DNA from: Candidatus Woesearchaeota archaeon | GTDB taxonomy: Archaea > Nanobdellota > Nanobdellia > Pacearchaeales > GW2011-AR1 | Direction of reading: 5' to 3' | DNA: 34,529 bases | Assembly (NCBI GenBank): GCA_964363545.1 | Contig: CAYIIQ010000002.1 | Location: 1-34,529 of the forward strand | Shown: one piece after another, positions 1 through 7,786 of the stretch | How positions within the stretch are numbered: the stretch's first letter is position 1 | Layout: every line of letters begins with the position of its first letter | Translations under genes and position numbers: made by a program | The notes under the pieces: generated by a model | The model's input: only the letters and a program-made list of their open reading frames with translations | Told to the model about the DNA's origin: nothing | Database searches by the model: none

Positions 1-447
1 GCTGAGTCTGAAAAACTTGAAATAGAAGATAAAGCATTTGAAGTTCTATACGAAGCAAGTGAAGGAGATTGTAGAAGAGTAATAAACTTATTACAGGCAA
101 CTGCTGCTATAAGTCCAAAAATAACAGAAGAATTAGTTGAAACAATTGTTTCTTCTGCAAAACCCTCTGATATCAAAATTGTTTTAGAGTATGCATTAAG
201 CGGAGATTTTTCAAATGCAAGAGAAAAACTTCTTGATATAATGCTTAAAGAAAGTATTTCAGGGCATGATATAATTAAGGCAATACAAAAAGAAATCTGG
301 AATCTAAACATAGAACCAGAATTAAAAGTAAAGTTGACAGAAAAGACAGGAGAGATTGAATTCAGGCTTGTTGAAGGAAGTGATGAGTTCATTCAACTCG
401 AGGCTTTAATTGCAAGCTTTGTTTTAGCCGGAATAGGAAAAATGTAA
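1..447 (+). CDS. rfcS: Replication factor C small subunit, C-terminal part (5' end outside window)
   Basis: Frame 1 is open from base 1 to the TAA at 445-447 (AESEKLEIEDKAFEVLYEASEGDCRRVINLLQATAA...). The EGDxRRxINxLQ region is typical of clamp-loader small subunits. The RFC large subunit follows 60 nt downstream. Track ORF 241..447 starts at an internal Met of this CDS and covers only its C-terminal 68 residues. Confidence 0.85.
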   Translation, partial: AESEKLEIEDKAFEVLYEASEGDCRRVINLLQATAAISPKITEELVETIVSSAKPSDIKIVLEYALSGDFSNAREKLLDIMLKESISGHDIIKAIQKEIWNLNIEPELKVKLTEKTGEIEFRLVEGSDEFIQLEALIASFVLAGIGKM

Positions 448-507
448 CGTCTCTTGCAAAACTTTTACAAAAAATTGTAAAACAACTCCAACTACACAAA
501 TATCAAA

Positions 508-1671
508 ATGCCAAACCAAACTCTCTGTGACAAATACAGACCAAAAAACTTTTCAGAAATTAAAGGACAAGACTTTGCAATAGAAAAATTAAAATTATTT
601 ATGAAAAACTTTCCAAAAAAGAAATCTATAGTCCTACATGGAGAAACAGGAACAGGCAAAACTTCTCTTGCTTATGCTCTTTCTTACGAAACAAACTTTG
701 AATTGCTGGAATTAAATGCAAGTGACTTAAGAAACCAAGAAGAAATAAAAAAAATTATCGGACAAGCATCACAACAAGTCTCACTTTTTGGAAAAGGAAA
801 AATTTTACTAATAGATGAAATTGATGGCATAACAAAAGAAGATAAAGGCGGTCTACAAGAACTTATTTCACTAATAGAAACAACTAATTTTCCAATTATA
901 ATAACATCAAACAACATTTGGGACAGAAAATTTTCTGAATTAAGAAAAAGATCAGAGCTTTTAGAAATTAAAGAGCTTAATTATCAATTTATTTTTGACA
1001 TCCTCGAATTTATTTCAGAACAAGAAAAAATAAAAATTTCAGAAGACTTTTTAAAAAGCATAGCAATTAAATCAAAAGGAGATGTTCGAGCTGCAATCAA
1101 TGACTTGCAAGCAATGGGTGAGGATATAATTAACTTAGATGAAAGAGACAAAAAAGAAAACATATTTAATATAATAAGAGAAATTCTTCAAAACACTCCA
1201 AGAGATTCTATTCTTGAATTATATGAAAAAATAGACATGCCATTAGACGAAATTCTTTTATGGATTGAAGAAAATATTCCAAATGTATATAACGGTGAAG
1301 ATTTGTATAAAGCGTTTGATTCTTTAAGCAAAGCAGATGTTTTTAGAGGCAGAATTCATAGGCAACAATACTGGCGTTTTCTGGTTTACCAAAATTTCTT
1401 TTTATCTTATGGTATATCTTACCCAAAAACACAAGCAAATACCAGATTTATAAGATATCAAAGACCGACTAGAATTTTAAAAATCTGGACAATTAATCAA
1501 AAACAAAAAATGAAAAAACAGATTGCTGAAAAATATGCATATTATTGTCATGTCTCAATAAAAAGAGCATTAAGAGAATTTCCAATAATTAAAAAACTCT
1601 TGGAAAAAGATAACATAAGAAAAGAACTAAAATTAGATGGGGAAGAAATTGAATTTTTGAAAAACTCCTAA
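508..1671 (+). CDS. rfcL: Replication factor C large subunit (short form, 387 aa)
   Basis: N-terminal KYRPKNFSEIKGQ, Walker A GETGTGKTSLAYAL, DEID Walker B and GDVRAAINDLQ sensor-2 motifs. Sits immediately after rfcS. Confidence 0.85.
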   Translation: MPNQTLCDKYRPKNFSEIKGQDFAIEKLKLFMKNFPKKKSIVLHGETGTGKTSLAYALSYETNFELLELNASDLRNQEEIKKIIGQASQQVSLFGKGKILLIDEIDGITKEDKGGLQELISLIETTNFPIIITSNNIWDRKFSELRKRSELLEIKELNYQFIFDILEFISEQEKIKISEDFLKSIAIKSKGDVRAAINDLQAMGEDIINLDERDKKENIFNIIREILQNTPRDSILELYEKIDMPLDEILLWIEENIPNVYNGEDLYKAFDSLSKADVFRGRIHRQQYWRFLVYQNFFLSYGISYPKTQANTRFIRYQRPTRILKIWTINQKQKMKKQIAEKYAYYCHVSIKRALREFPIIKKLLEKDNIRKELKLDGEEIEFLKNS

Positions 1672-1776
1672 CAAAAATTTGTTTTACAGCTTTTTATTAC
1701 CTCATTTCTTTCACCATAACTTAACAAAAAATTTATTAACTTAAATAAAGGAGTGATAGAGTTAAAAAATATCAAA

Positions 1777-2472
1777 ATGACTAAAATAAAAATTTACTTT
1801 TTAATAGTTTTAATTGTTTTAGTTATAGTCTTGCCAATTATATTAATTTTAAATTCAGAAAACAGAACTTTTCAATATCTTACCGATCAACGCCCTGTAA
1901 TTTATCAGTATGAAATATGCAATAACAATGGCACGTGCGAAATGATATCGGTTGATAAAGTTATACAACCAAGTGAACAAACTTTTAATATCTGCAATGA
2001 CAAAGGTCTATGCGAAGATGTTCCAATAAACAGATTAATACTCAAAGAGGGGACAGATAAAAAAAACTGCTCAAATGCGCCCTATCTCAAAACAGATTAT
2101 GTTGACAATTGGTGGAATGCAAACGGCTTAATTGATGAATGTGAAATGCCTCCTAAATCTGATATGCAATTTACATTCAAGCAACATAATCAAACAATTC
2201 TCAGCTACACAGGCACTATTCAAATTTCTCTTGCTGTGATAAACTACGAGGATAATTATCTAGCGCTTCAAATACTGACAGCTGAAGATCATAACGAAGA
2301 CAATCTTCCAGATCAATGGACTCATTGTGGAAATGTAGACGGAATAAAGGGAAAAGATAAAAGAATAATTAATTGCAACGGAACTAACTTAAAATTTGTT
2401 AAGTTAGTTAATCCTAAATGGAATCCAACAAGCATATTTATTGACAAGATTGAAATTTTCAAGGTTGATTAA
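1777..2472 (+). CDS. Hypothetical membrane-anchored, Cys-rich extracellular protein
   Basis: Track ORF starts at GTG 1753. The ATG at 1777 gives MTKIKIYFLIVLIVLVIVLPIILIL (N-terminal TM/signal anchor). Two internal ICNxxGxCE motifs (EICNNNGTCEM, NICNDKGLCED). No family recognised. Confidence 0.6.
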   Translation: MTKIKIYFLIVLIVLVIVLPIILILNSENRTFQYLTDQRPVIYQYEICNNNGTCEMISVDKVIQPSEQTFNICNDKGLCEDVPINRLILKEGTDKKNCSNAPYLKTDYVDNWWNANGLIDECEMPPKSDMQFTFKQHNQTILSYTGTIQISLAVINYEDNYLALQILTAEDHNEDNLPDQWTHCGNVDGIKGKDKRIINCNGTNLKFVKLVNPKWNPTSIFIDKIEIFKVD

Positions 2473-2526
2473 ATAATCTTCTAAAGCTAAAATTCCTTGC
2501 CAACTAAACTAGACATAATGTAAGAA

Positions 2527-2695
2527 TGCCCCCGCCGAGATTCGAACTCGGGTCACGGCCTTTCTCTAAATATAAGAGAATATAACTCTCACAGAGAACA
2601 GCTCGCCAAAAAGTTGGCTAGTTTTATCGTCTCATCGACTAAAAACAAGCTGTTTTTCGAGAGGGCCGTATCCTTGGCCTCTAGACTACAGGGGC
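2527..2695 (-). tRNA. tRNA-Glu(CUC) with a 96-nt intron at the canonical 37/38 position
   Basis: Minus strand, 5' exon 2695..2658: GCCCCTGTAGTCTAGAGGCCAAGGATACGGCCCTCTCG. 3' exon 2561..2527: AGGCCGTGACCCGAGTTCGAATCTCGGCGGGGGCA. Acceptor GCCCCTG/CGGGGGC, anticodon stem CGGCC/GGCCG, loop CU-CUC-GA, T arm CCGAG-TTCGAAT-CTCGG, discriminator A, no encoded CCA. Intron is 2657..2562 and the junctions fold into helix / 3-nt bulge / 4-bp helix (CUCU:AGAG) / 3-nt bulge. Confidence 0.9.
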
Positions 2696-2742
2696 ATGGT
2701 TGTGCAACATCTCAAATCTTTTTAAATTTTTAGCTAAAAGAA

Positions 2743-3096
2743 CTAAATCGCCATCTTCAATCCATCTCCTCTTTTCCTCGGCAGAAAATGAGTATGGGCA
2801 TGCATCACAACCTGTCCTGCTACTGGAAAGTTATTTGATAAAACATTAAAGCCTTCTACGCCATCTCGCAATCTTCTCTCGGCAATTTTTTTTATCATAT
2901 CACTCATCTCCATTGCAAGATCTGACGGTATATCCATAAAATTTGTAAAATGTTTTTTAGGAATAATAAGAGTGTGTCCCTCTACTTTTGGATTAATGTC
3001 AAGAAAAGCAACAAAATTATTACTTTCTGCAACAAAATCTGTTGGAATTTCTTTTTTTACAATCTTGCAAAAGATACAATCTTGATTTTTCGCCAT
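2743..3096 (-). CDS. HIT-family (histidine triad) nucleotide hydrolase/transferase
   Basis: MAKNQDCIFCKIVKKEIP... N-terminus and the HAHTHFLPR histidine-triad motif. The track ORF extends to 3180, but that extension overlaps the tRNA at 3140..3210. The ATG at 3096 gives a normal 117-aa HIT protein. Confidence 0.85.
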   Translation of the reverse strand: MAKNQDCIFCKIVKKEIPTDFVAESNNFVAFLDINPKVEGHTLIIPKKHFTNFMDIPSDLAMEMSDMIKKIAERRLRDGVEGFNVLSNNFPVAGQVVMHAHTHFLPRKRGDGLKMAI

Positions 3097-3139
3097 ACTA
3101 AATACTATTAAGTGAACTATAAAAATATTTTGTTGAATA

Positions 3140-3210
3140 TGGACCTGCCGGGAATCGCACCCAGGACCCTTCCATGCCATGGAAGTAGTTTACTGCTAGC
3201 CTACAGGCCC
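3140..3210 (-). tRNA. tRNA-Ala(GGC), atypical D and T loops
   Basis: Minus strand: GGGCCTGTAGGCTAGCAGTAAACTACTTCCATGGCATGGAAGGGTCCTGGGTGCGATTCCCGGCAGGTCCA. Acceptor GGGCCTG/CAGGTCC with the G3:U70 alanine identity pair and A73. Anticodon stem CTTCC/GGAAG, loop AU-GGC-AU. T stem CTGGG/CCCGG. The T loop is UGCGAUU (G where U55 is expected), and the D loop lacks GG. Confidence 0.65.
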
Positions 3211-3240
3211 TTTAACAAACCAGATAAAAGAATTTTTAAA

Positions 3241-3993
3241 TTATTCCAAAAACAACAACAAAACCATAACCAAAATGCCAAAAACAAAAGCCAATAACTG
3301 CAAAAAAGATTTTTTTAATTTGTCAGAATGTTTATGTAATTCAGGAATTAAATCACTCCCAGCAATATAAATAAATCCTCCGGCTGCAACAGGAACAAGA
3401 AAGAGCTCGACATTTTTAACAAAATCCTCGATTATAAAAACAAGAAAAGCTCCTAAAACTGCAAACAAAGCCGAAACAAAGTTAAACAATAAGGCTTTTG
3501 TTTTAGTAAATCCTCCATGAATCAAAATTCCAAAGTCTCCAATTTCTTGTGGTATTTCGTGCAGAATTACTGCAATTGTCGTCGCCAGACCAACGGGAAA
3601 ACTAACGATATAGCTAACTGCAATTATAACTCCATCAATAAAATTATGTAAACCATCTCCTACAAGATTCGTATAGACAAATGGATGTATATGATTTTTA
3701 TCAATAGGAACATGGCAGTGTTGCCAGTGAATAAACTTCTCTAAAATAAAAAAAATAGCAATTCCAATTAAAATATAAACAGAAATTCCAGCACCAAAAC
3801 CAAATTGTTCAACAGTTCCAGGCAACAAATGAATAAAAACATCTCCAAACAAAGCGCCAGCAGAAAAGCTAATTAAATAAATTAAAAATCTATTAAGTTT
3901 AGAAGCTGAGATTAAAAGAGCAAAAACTCCAACTAAAGAAATTAAGCTTACAATTAAAACACTAAAAAGAGAATAAAAAAAGATTTCTGGCAT
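3241..3993 (-). CDS. ZIP-family divalent metal (Zn/Fe) transporter, ZupT-like
   Basis: Multi-pass membrane protein with the ZIP signature HEIPQEIGDFGIL and a His-rich loop (HWQHCHVPIDKNHIH). Confidence 0.8.
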   Translation of the reverse strand: MPEIFFYSLFSVLIVSLISLVGVFALLISASKLNRFLIYLISFSAGALFGDVFIHLLPGTVEQFGFGAGISVYILIGIAIFFILEKFIHWQHCHVPIDKNHIHPFVYTNLVGDGLHNFIDGVIIAVSYIVSFPVGLATTIAVILHEIPQEIGDFGILIHGGFTKTKALLFNFVSALFAVLGAFLVFIIEDFVKNVELFLVPVAAGGFIYIAGSDLIPELHKHSDKLKKSFLQLLAFVFGILVMVLLLFLE

Positions 3994-4023
3994 TTTTATA
4001 TGAATAAAAGACCATATTTAAAA

Positions 4024-5064
4024 CTAACTTTCCTTATTTTTTATTTTAGTTAAGATCTTTTCCAAAACAACAAATAATTCTTTATTGTTAGAATTATAGT
4101 TGTTTAATTTTTTTCTAAAGATATTTATATTTTCCAAAAAATTTTTTAATTCATGCTCTGTTAAATTCTCGCTATAGTCTCCATACCCTGCTTGTTTCAA
4201 AAAAAGAGCATTTATTGTTTGTTCAAATTGTCCCTTTAATGGCAAGGCCAAATAAGGCTTTTTCAAATACAAAGCTTCTGAAATTAATGTAAAACCAGCT
4301 GTCGCAATAATCGCCTTACAATCTTTCAAATCTTCAAAGAAAGTTTCTCTTTTTTTAAATTCTAAATTTCTATCTTTTTCATTTATATTATATCCGTAAA
4401 CTACAAATTTTTTATTAACAATCTTTTTTAAAACACTTAAGATTTTCGAATCTTTTTTTGTTAGATAACATAAAATTTTTTCTCCTATTTTAGGTTTTAA
4501 CTTTAGAACTTCCTTTCTAATCACAGGAGAAACTATAAATGTATTTTTCTTTAATATTTTTGTTTTTGAAAATGAAGTTACAATGTAATAATCTGCATTT
4601 GAAACAATCCTACTGACAACAGTTCTTGCTATTAAATAATCTTTATAATATTTTCTTGGAAATTTAATATCAAGATTAGTTATTCTATGTTGGTTATCCA
4701 CAGAAATTAAGGGAAGTTTATACCAATTAGATAAAACAGGAACAATAACTTCCATATCAGAAATGCACAATTCTGGTTTAAAGTCTCGCATTAATTTATG
4801 AAAAGCTTTCCATCTAACTAGATTTTTGGTAAAGTTCTTAATGTTAAAATAAACAGTTTTTTTATATTGTAATTCTCCTCTTTTAAAAATTAAGTGTAAC
4901 CCTCTAACTTTGAAAACTTTAAATCTATTTCTCAAAATCTTGTACGCCTGTCCATAAGTAACTATTACAACTTCATGTCCTTGTTTCTCTAAAAAAGCTG
5001 CAATAGATAATGCACGAGAAGAGTGTCCAAACCCCTCGCCACAAACTCCATATAAAATTCTCAT
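4024..5064 (-). CDS. GT-B glycosyltransferase (MJ1255/GT28-like)
   Basis: N-terminus MRILYGVCGEGFGHSSRA matches the G-rich loop of the MJ1255-type UDP-glycosyltransferase family. 346 aa, two-Rossmann size. Confidence 0.65.
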   Translation of the reverse strand: MRILYGVCGEGFGHSSRALSIAAFLEKQGHEVVIVTYGQAYKILRNRFKVFKVRGLHLIFKRGELQYKKTVYFNIKNFTKNLVRWKAFHKLMRDFKPELCISDMEVIVPVLSNWYKLPLISVDNQHRITNLDIKFPRKYYKDYLIARTVVSRIVSNADYYIVTSFSKTKILKKNTFIVSPVIRKEVLKLKPKIGEKILCYLTKKDSKILSVLKKIVNKKFVVYGYNINEKDRNLEFKKRETFFEDLKDCKAIIATAGFTLISEALYLKKPYLALPLKGQFEQTINALFLKQAGYGDYSENLTEHELKNFLENINIFRKKLNNYNSNNKELFVVLEKILTKIKNKES

Positions 5065-5072
5065 TCCTTATT

Positions 5073-5267
5073 TCACTCTTGTCTCAAATCTATATTCTCA
5101 ACGTCCTCTTCTTTAATAATCTTTCTTCCCATAAAATCAGCATTTCTTGCTGATTTTTTTATTATTCTAGCAGTTTCACCTTCAAGAATCTTATTTATCT
5201 TTTTAATAGTCTCTTTTCCTATTTTCTTTCCTTCTTTCCTCGCAAGCTCTTTAATTATTTTATTCAT
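5073..5267 (-). CDS. Histone-fold protein (archaeal histone-like, 64 aa)
   Basis: Aligns by eye with HMf-type histones: IIKELARKEGKKIGKETIKKINKILEG...ARNADFMGRKIIKEEDVE versus IIKNAGAERVSDDARIALAKVLEE...AKHAGRKTIKAEDIE. Confidence 0.6.
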   Translation of the reverse strand: MNKIIKELARKEGKKIGKETIKKINKILEGETARIIKKSARNADFMGRKIIKEEDVENIDLRQE

Positions 5268-5268
5268 C

Positions 5269-5844
5269 TTAAAACTCAGATACTAAAATTTTTCTCATGT
5301 TGTACTTAATTTCCCATTTTTCTAAAAATTCTTTAAAAACTTCGCTATTTTCTATTGGTATCATAACAGCTCCTTTTCCTATTTGAACTCCTTTTAATTT
5401 TTTTATAATGCCTTTTTTATTTCTTCCAATCAAAGAATATATAAACTTTGTTTTTTCAGTATTATTCAAGTTTTTAAGTTTATAACTAAAAAGAGAATAT
5501 CCTGCAAATCCCATTATATTTGATAAAGGCCTGTCATAAACAAGACTTATTCCTTCAATTAATATTCCCTGCCTTGCTAATAAATTGCTCTCAAAAAGTT
5601 CTTCAATATTTATTATTTTTGTATCTTCTTTTGAAATTTTATTTTTTAAAATATTCCTAAACTCTTGCAAAACTTCAAGATTTTTTTTGATATTCTTTTC
5701 ATGACTAATTAAAATAATATCAATATCTTTTGGCTCGATTTTTCCTCTAACACTCGAGCCAAATAGTATAATGTCCATTAATTCATGTTGTTTTGCAAAC
5801 TTTTTAGATTTTGATTTCAAGAATTCTAAATAATTGTTCTGCAT
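5269..5844 (-). CDS. Pol-beta superfamily nucleotidyltransferase (MNT-like) with extra C-terminal domain
   Basis: LFGSSVRGKIEPKDIDIILI matches the GSxxxG...DxD minimal NTase motif. Overlaps the upstream HEPN-like ORF by 41 nt. Confidence 0.7.
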   Translation of the reverse strand: MQNNYLEFLKSKSKKFAKQHELMDIILFGSSVRGKIEPKDIDIILISHEKNIKKNLEVLQEFRNILKNKISKEDTKIINIEELFESNLLARQGILIEGISLVYDRPLSNIMGFAGYSLFSYKLKNLNNTEKTKFIYSLIGRNKKGIIKKLKGVQIGKGAVMIPIENSEVFKEFLEKWEIKYNMRKILVSEF

Positions 5845-6151
5845 CTTCTTTTAACACCTCACAAAACTGCAAATTTAGTTTAGCTCTATAGCTCTCTTGA
5901 TAAACTGGAAAGTTTCTATCAACTATCTTATAGATTTCCTTATATTTTGCTTCAAGAATTCTGAACCTGTCTGTATGACTACTTGGAATAATTTTTTCTT
6001 TTCGATAAATATACAGGTCAGCTAACCCAGAAATTGTTTTAAAAAATAAAGTTACACTCGTGTTATAGTCTCCTTTCTTTTCAGCATCTAACGCATTTCT
6101 GTAGTACTCTTTAGCATTCTCAACAAGAGTCTCTTCCATTTTATTATCCAT
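5804..6151 (-). CDS. HEPN-domain-like helical protein, partner of the NTase
   Basis: 115-aa all-helical protein (AKEYYRNALDAEKKGDYNTSVTLFFKTISGLADLYI...SSHTDRFRILE), the same layout as HEPN (PF05168-type) partners of minimal NTases. The assignment rests on pattern and context. Confidence 0.5.
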   Translation of the reverse strand: MDNKMEETLVENAKEYYRNALDAEKKGDYNTSVTLFFKTISGLADLYIYRKEKIIPSSHTDRFRILEAKYKEIYKIVDRNFPVYQESYRAKLNLQFCEVLKEDAEQLFRILEIKI

Positions 6152-6187
6152 TATTGTATAACAAATAATAACTATTTAAATCTTTTG

Positions 6188-6202
6188 GTTATATTATATA
6201 AC
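6188..6202. promoter_or_regulatory. Perfect 15-bp palindrome GTTATATTATATAAC upstream of the HEPN-NTase operon
   Basis: Read directly. Lies 37 nt upstream of the HEPN start (6151), just distal to a minus-strand TTTAAATA TATA-like box. Confidence 0.45.
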
Positions 6203-6244
6203 AGTTTATATTTTCCAACAAAAATTAATATAAATTTAATATGT

Positions 6245-6259
6245 GTTATATCATATAAC
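6245..6259. promoter_or_regulatory. Second copy of the palindrome, GTTATATCATATAAC
   Basis: Identical arms to 6188..6202 and only the central base differs. Centres are 57 bp apart. Abuts the GlyRS stop codon (6260..6262). Confidence 0.4.
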
Positions 6260-7786
6260 TTATTTCACTCTTGTCTCAACAACCTTGCCAGCTTTTTCAA
6301 ACGCAATTTCTCCATTAATTAATTTTATTAAAACATCTTTCAAATCAGAAATTCTAACTCTTATTTGTTTTGTTGTGTCTCTATCTCGTACAGTCACATC
6401 TTTATTTTTTATGCTTTTTTCATCAATAGTTATACAAAATGGAGTTCCAATTTCGTCCTGTCTTGAGTATCTTCTTCCAATACTCCCACTTTCATCATAA
6501 GCAAGATTAAATTCTTTTTTTAGTTGACTAAAAACTTTTCTTGCAATTCTCACCATTTTCTGATCATTTACAAGAGGAAAAACAGCAGCTTTAACTGGAG
6601 TAAGTCTCGCTGGCAACTCCAAAACAAAATTCTGCCTTTTCTCATCATAAGTATAAGCTTTTGAAATCAATGCAAGAAAAACTCTTTCCATTCCAAATGT
6701 CGGTTCTATAACTCTAGGAACAACTTTCTGCTTTGTATCTTCGTCATAAATTTCAAGCTTTTCGCCACTTTCTTTCATGTGCTGAGTTAAATCATACTGC
6801 CATCTATTTGCATTTCCCGCAACTTCTTTACTTCCGAAAGGATATTCATAGTCAATATCAAATGTTGCAGAAGAATAGTGGCTTAATTCAGATTTTAAAT
6901 GCTCTCTAACTTTAATTCCATCACTTAAACCAATTCTCCTAAACCACAATAACTGCTCTGCCAACCAATAAGCATGCCACTCGTCAAGCCTTTTTTCCTT
7001 CAGCATTCTGCCAATTGTCGTTTCTTTTGCTTCGGCTTTTCCTTTTTGCTGTGTTTCTTGATCCAACAAATTTAATTTCAAATTTAAATGAGAAGTACTA
7101 AGTAAATTACATTTTTCCTTTTTGGGATGAATAAAAAACTCCAACTCTGCAATTGTAAATTCTCTGCTCCTGAATAAAAAGTCTCGAGGAGCAATTTCAT
7201 TCCTAAAACATCTCCCGATTTGAGCAACTCCAAAAGGCAACTTCATTCTTGATGTTTCTGTAATTAGCTTGAAATTCAAAAACATTCCTTGAGCAGTTTC
7301 AGGCCTTAAATAAGCTTCTAATGAATCTTCTTCGATCGGTCCGATTTTAGTTTTAAACATCAAGTTTAAGTCTTTCATTTTCCCTTTATCAAGCTCGCCC
7401 CCACAAAATCCACATTTTACTTTTCCAAGTTCTGACTTATCAACTTTATTCACTTTCTTGCACTTCTTACATGGTATAGCAATATCAGAAAAATTCGAGA
7501 CATGTCCTGAAGCTTTCCATATTCTTGGATGGCTTATTATGCTAGAGTCAATTCCTGTCATATTTTCTTTTTCATGGACAAAGAATTTCCACCAGTCTTG
7601 CTTTATGTTGTTAAACAACTCAACCCCCAAAGGCCCAAAATCCCAAAATCCTGCTACTCCACCATAAATCTCGCTCGATTTAAAGACAAATCCTTTTCTT
7701 TTGCAGAAAGTTGTTAAATCGTCGATTGTTATGTTCTGTTCTTTTTTTACCTTTTTTTTATTTTGTTGCTCGTCCTTTTGCTTCAT
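6260..7786 (-). CDS. glyS: Glycine--tRNA ligase (archaeal/eukaryotic alpha2 type)
   Basis: FVFKSSEIYGGVAGFWDFGPLGVELFNNIK, YLRPETAQG, FRNEIAPR (class II motif 2) and a C-terminal anticodon-binding domain. Confidence 0.9.
   Translation of the reverse strand: MKQKDEQQNKKKVKKEQNITIDDLTTFCKRKGFVFKSSEIYGGVAGFWDFGPLGVELFNNIKQDWWKFFVHEKENMTGIDSSIISHPRIWKASGHVSNFSDIAIPCKKCKKVNKVDKSELGKVKCGFCGGELDKGKMKDLNLMFKTKIGPIEEDSLEAYLRPETAQGMFLNFKLITETSRMKLPFGVAQIGRCFRNEIAPRDFLFRSREFTIAELEFFIHPKKEKCNLLSTSHLNLKLNLLDQETQQKGKAEAKETTIGRMLKEKRLDEWHAYWLAEQLLWFRRIGLSDGIKVREHLKSELSHYSSATFDIDYEYPFGSKEVAGNANRWQYDLTQHMKESGEKLEIYDEDTKQKVVPRVIEPTFGMERVFLALISKAYTYDEKRQNFVLELPARLTPVKAAVFPLVNDQKMVRIARKVFSQLKKEFNLAYDESGSIGRRYSRQDEIGTPFCITIDEKSIKNKDVTVRDRDTTKQIRVRISDLKDVLIKLINGEIAFEKAGKVVETRVK

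Noticed and set aside
684-917. Shadow ORFs antisense to, or out of frame within, confident genes. They are 684..917, 6243..6500, 7458..7717, 8819..9112, 10061..10243, 13959..14198, 14565..14932, 15516..15713, 16523..16930, 17693..17941, 18263..18677, 20184..20417, 21396..22147, 23298..23645, 28429..28659, 29146..29331, 30126..30398, 31419..31685, 31721..31924 and 34103..34348.
   Set aside because: Each lies largely or wholly within a longer ORF that has clear family motifs. The translations are low-complexity with no recognisable domains. Long shadow ORFs are expected in A/T-rich DNA with few antisense stops in some frames.
2562-2657. C/D box sRNA inside the tRNA-Glu intron, by analogy with tRNA-Trp introns of Euryarchaeota.
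   Set aside because: Only a C-box-like CGAUGAG is present. No CUGA D box or C'/D' pair is found anywhere in the intron.
3097-3297. N-terminal extension of the HIT ORF (to 3180) and plus-strand ORF 3112..3297.
   Set aside because: Both run through the tRNA-Ala gene (3140..3210). The extension's peptide is simply the translated tRNA. The internal ATG at 3096 gives a normal HIT protein.
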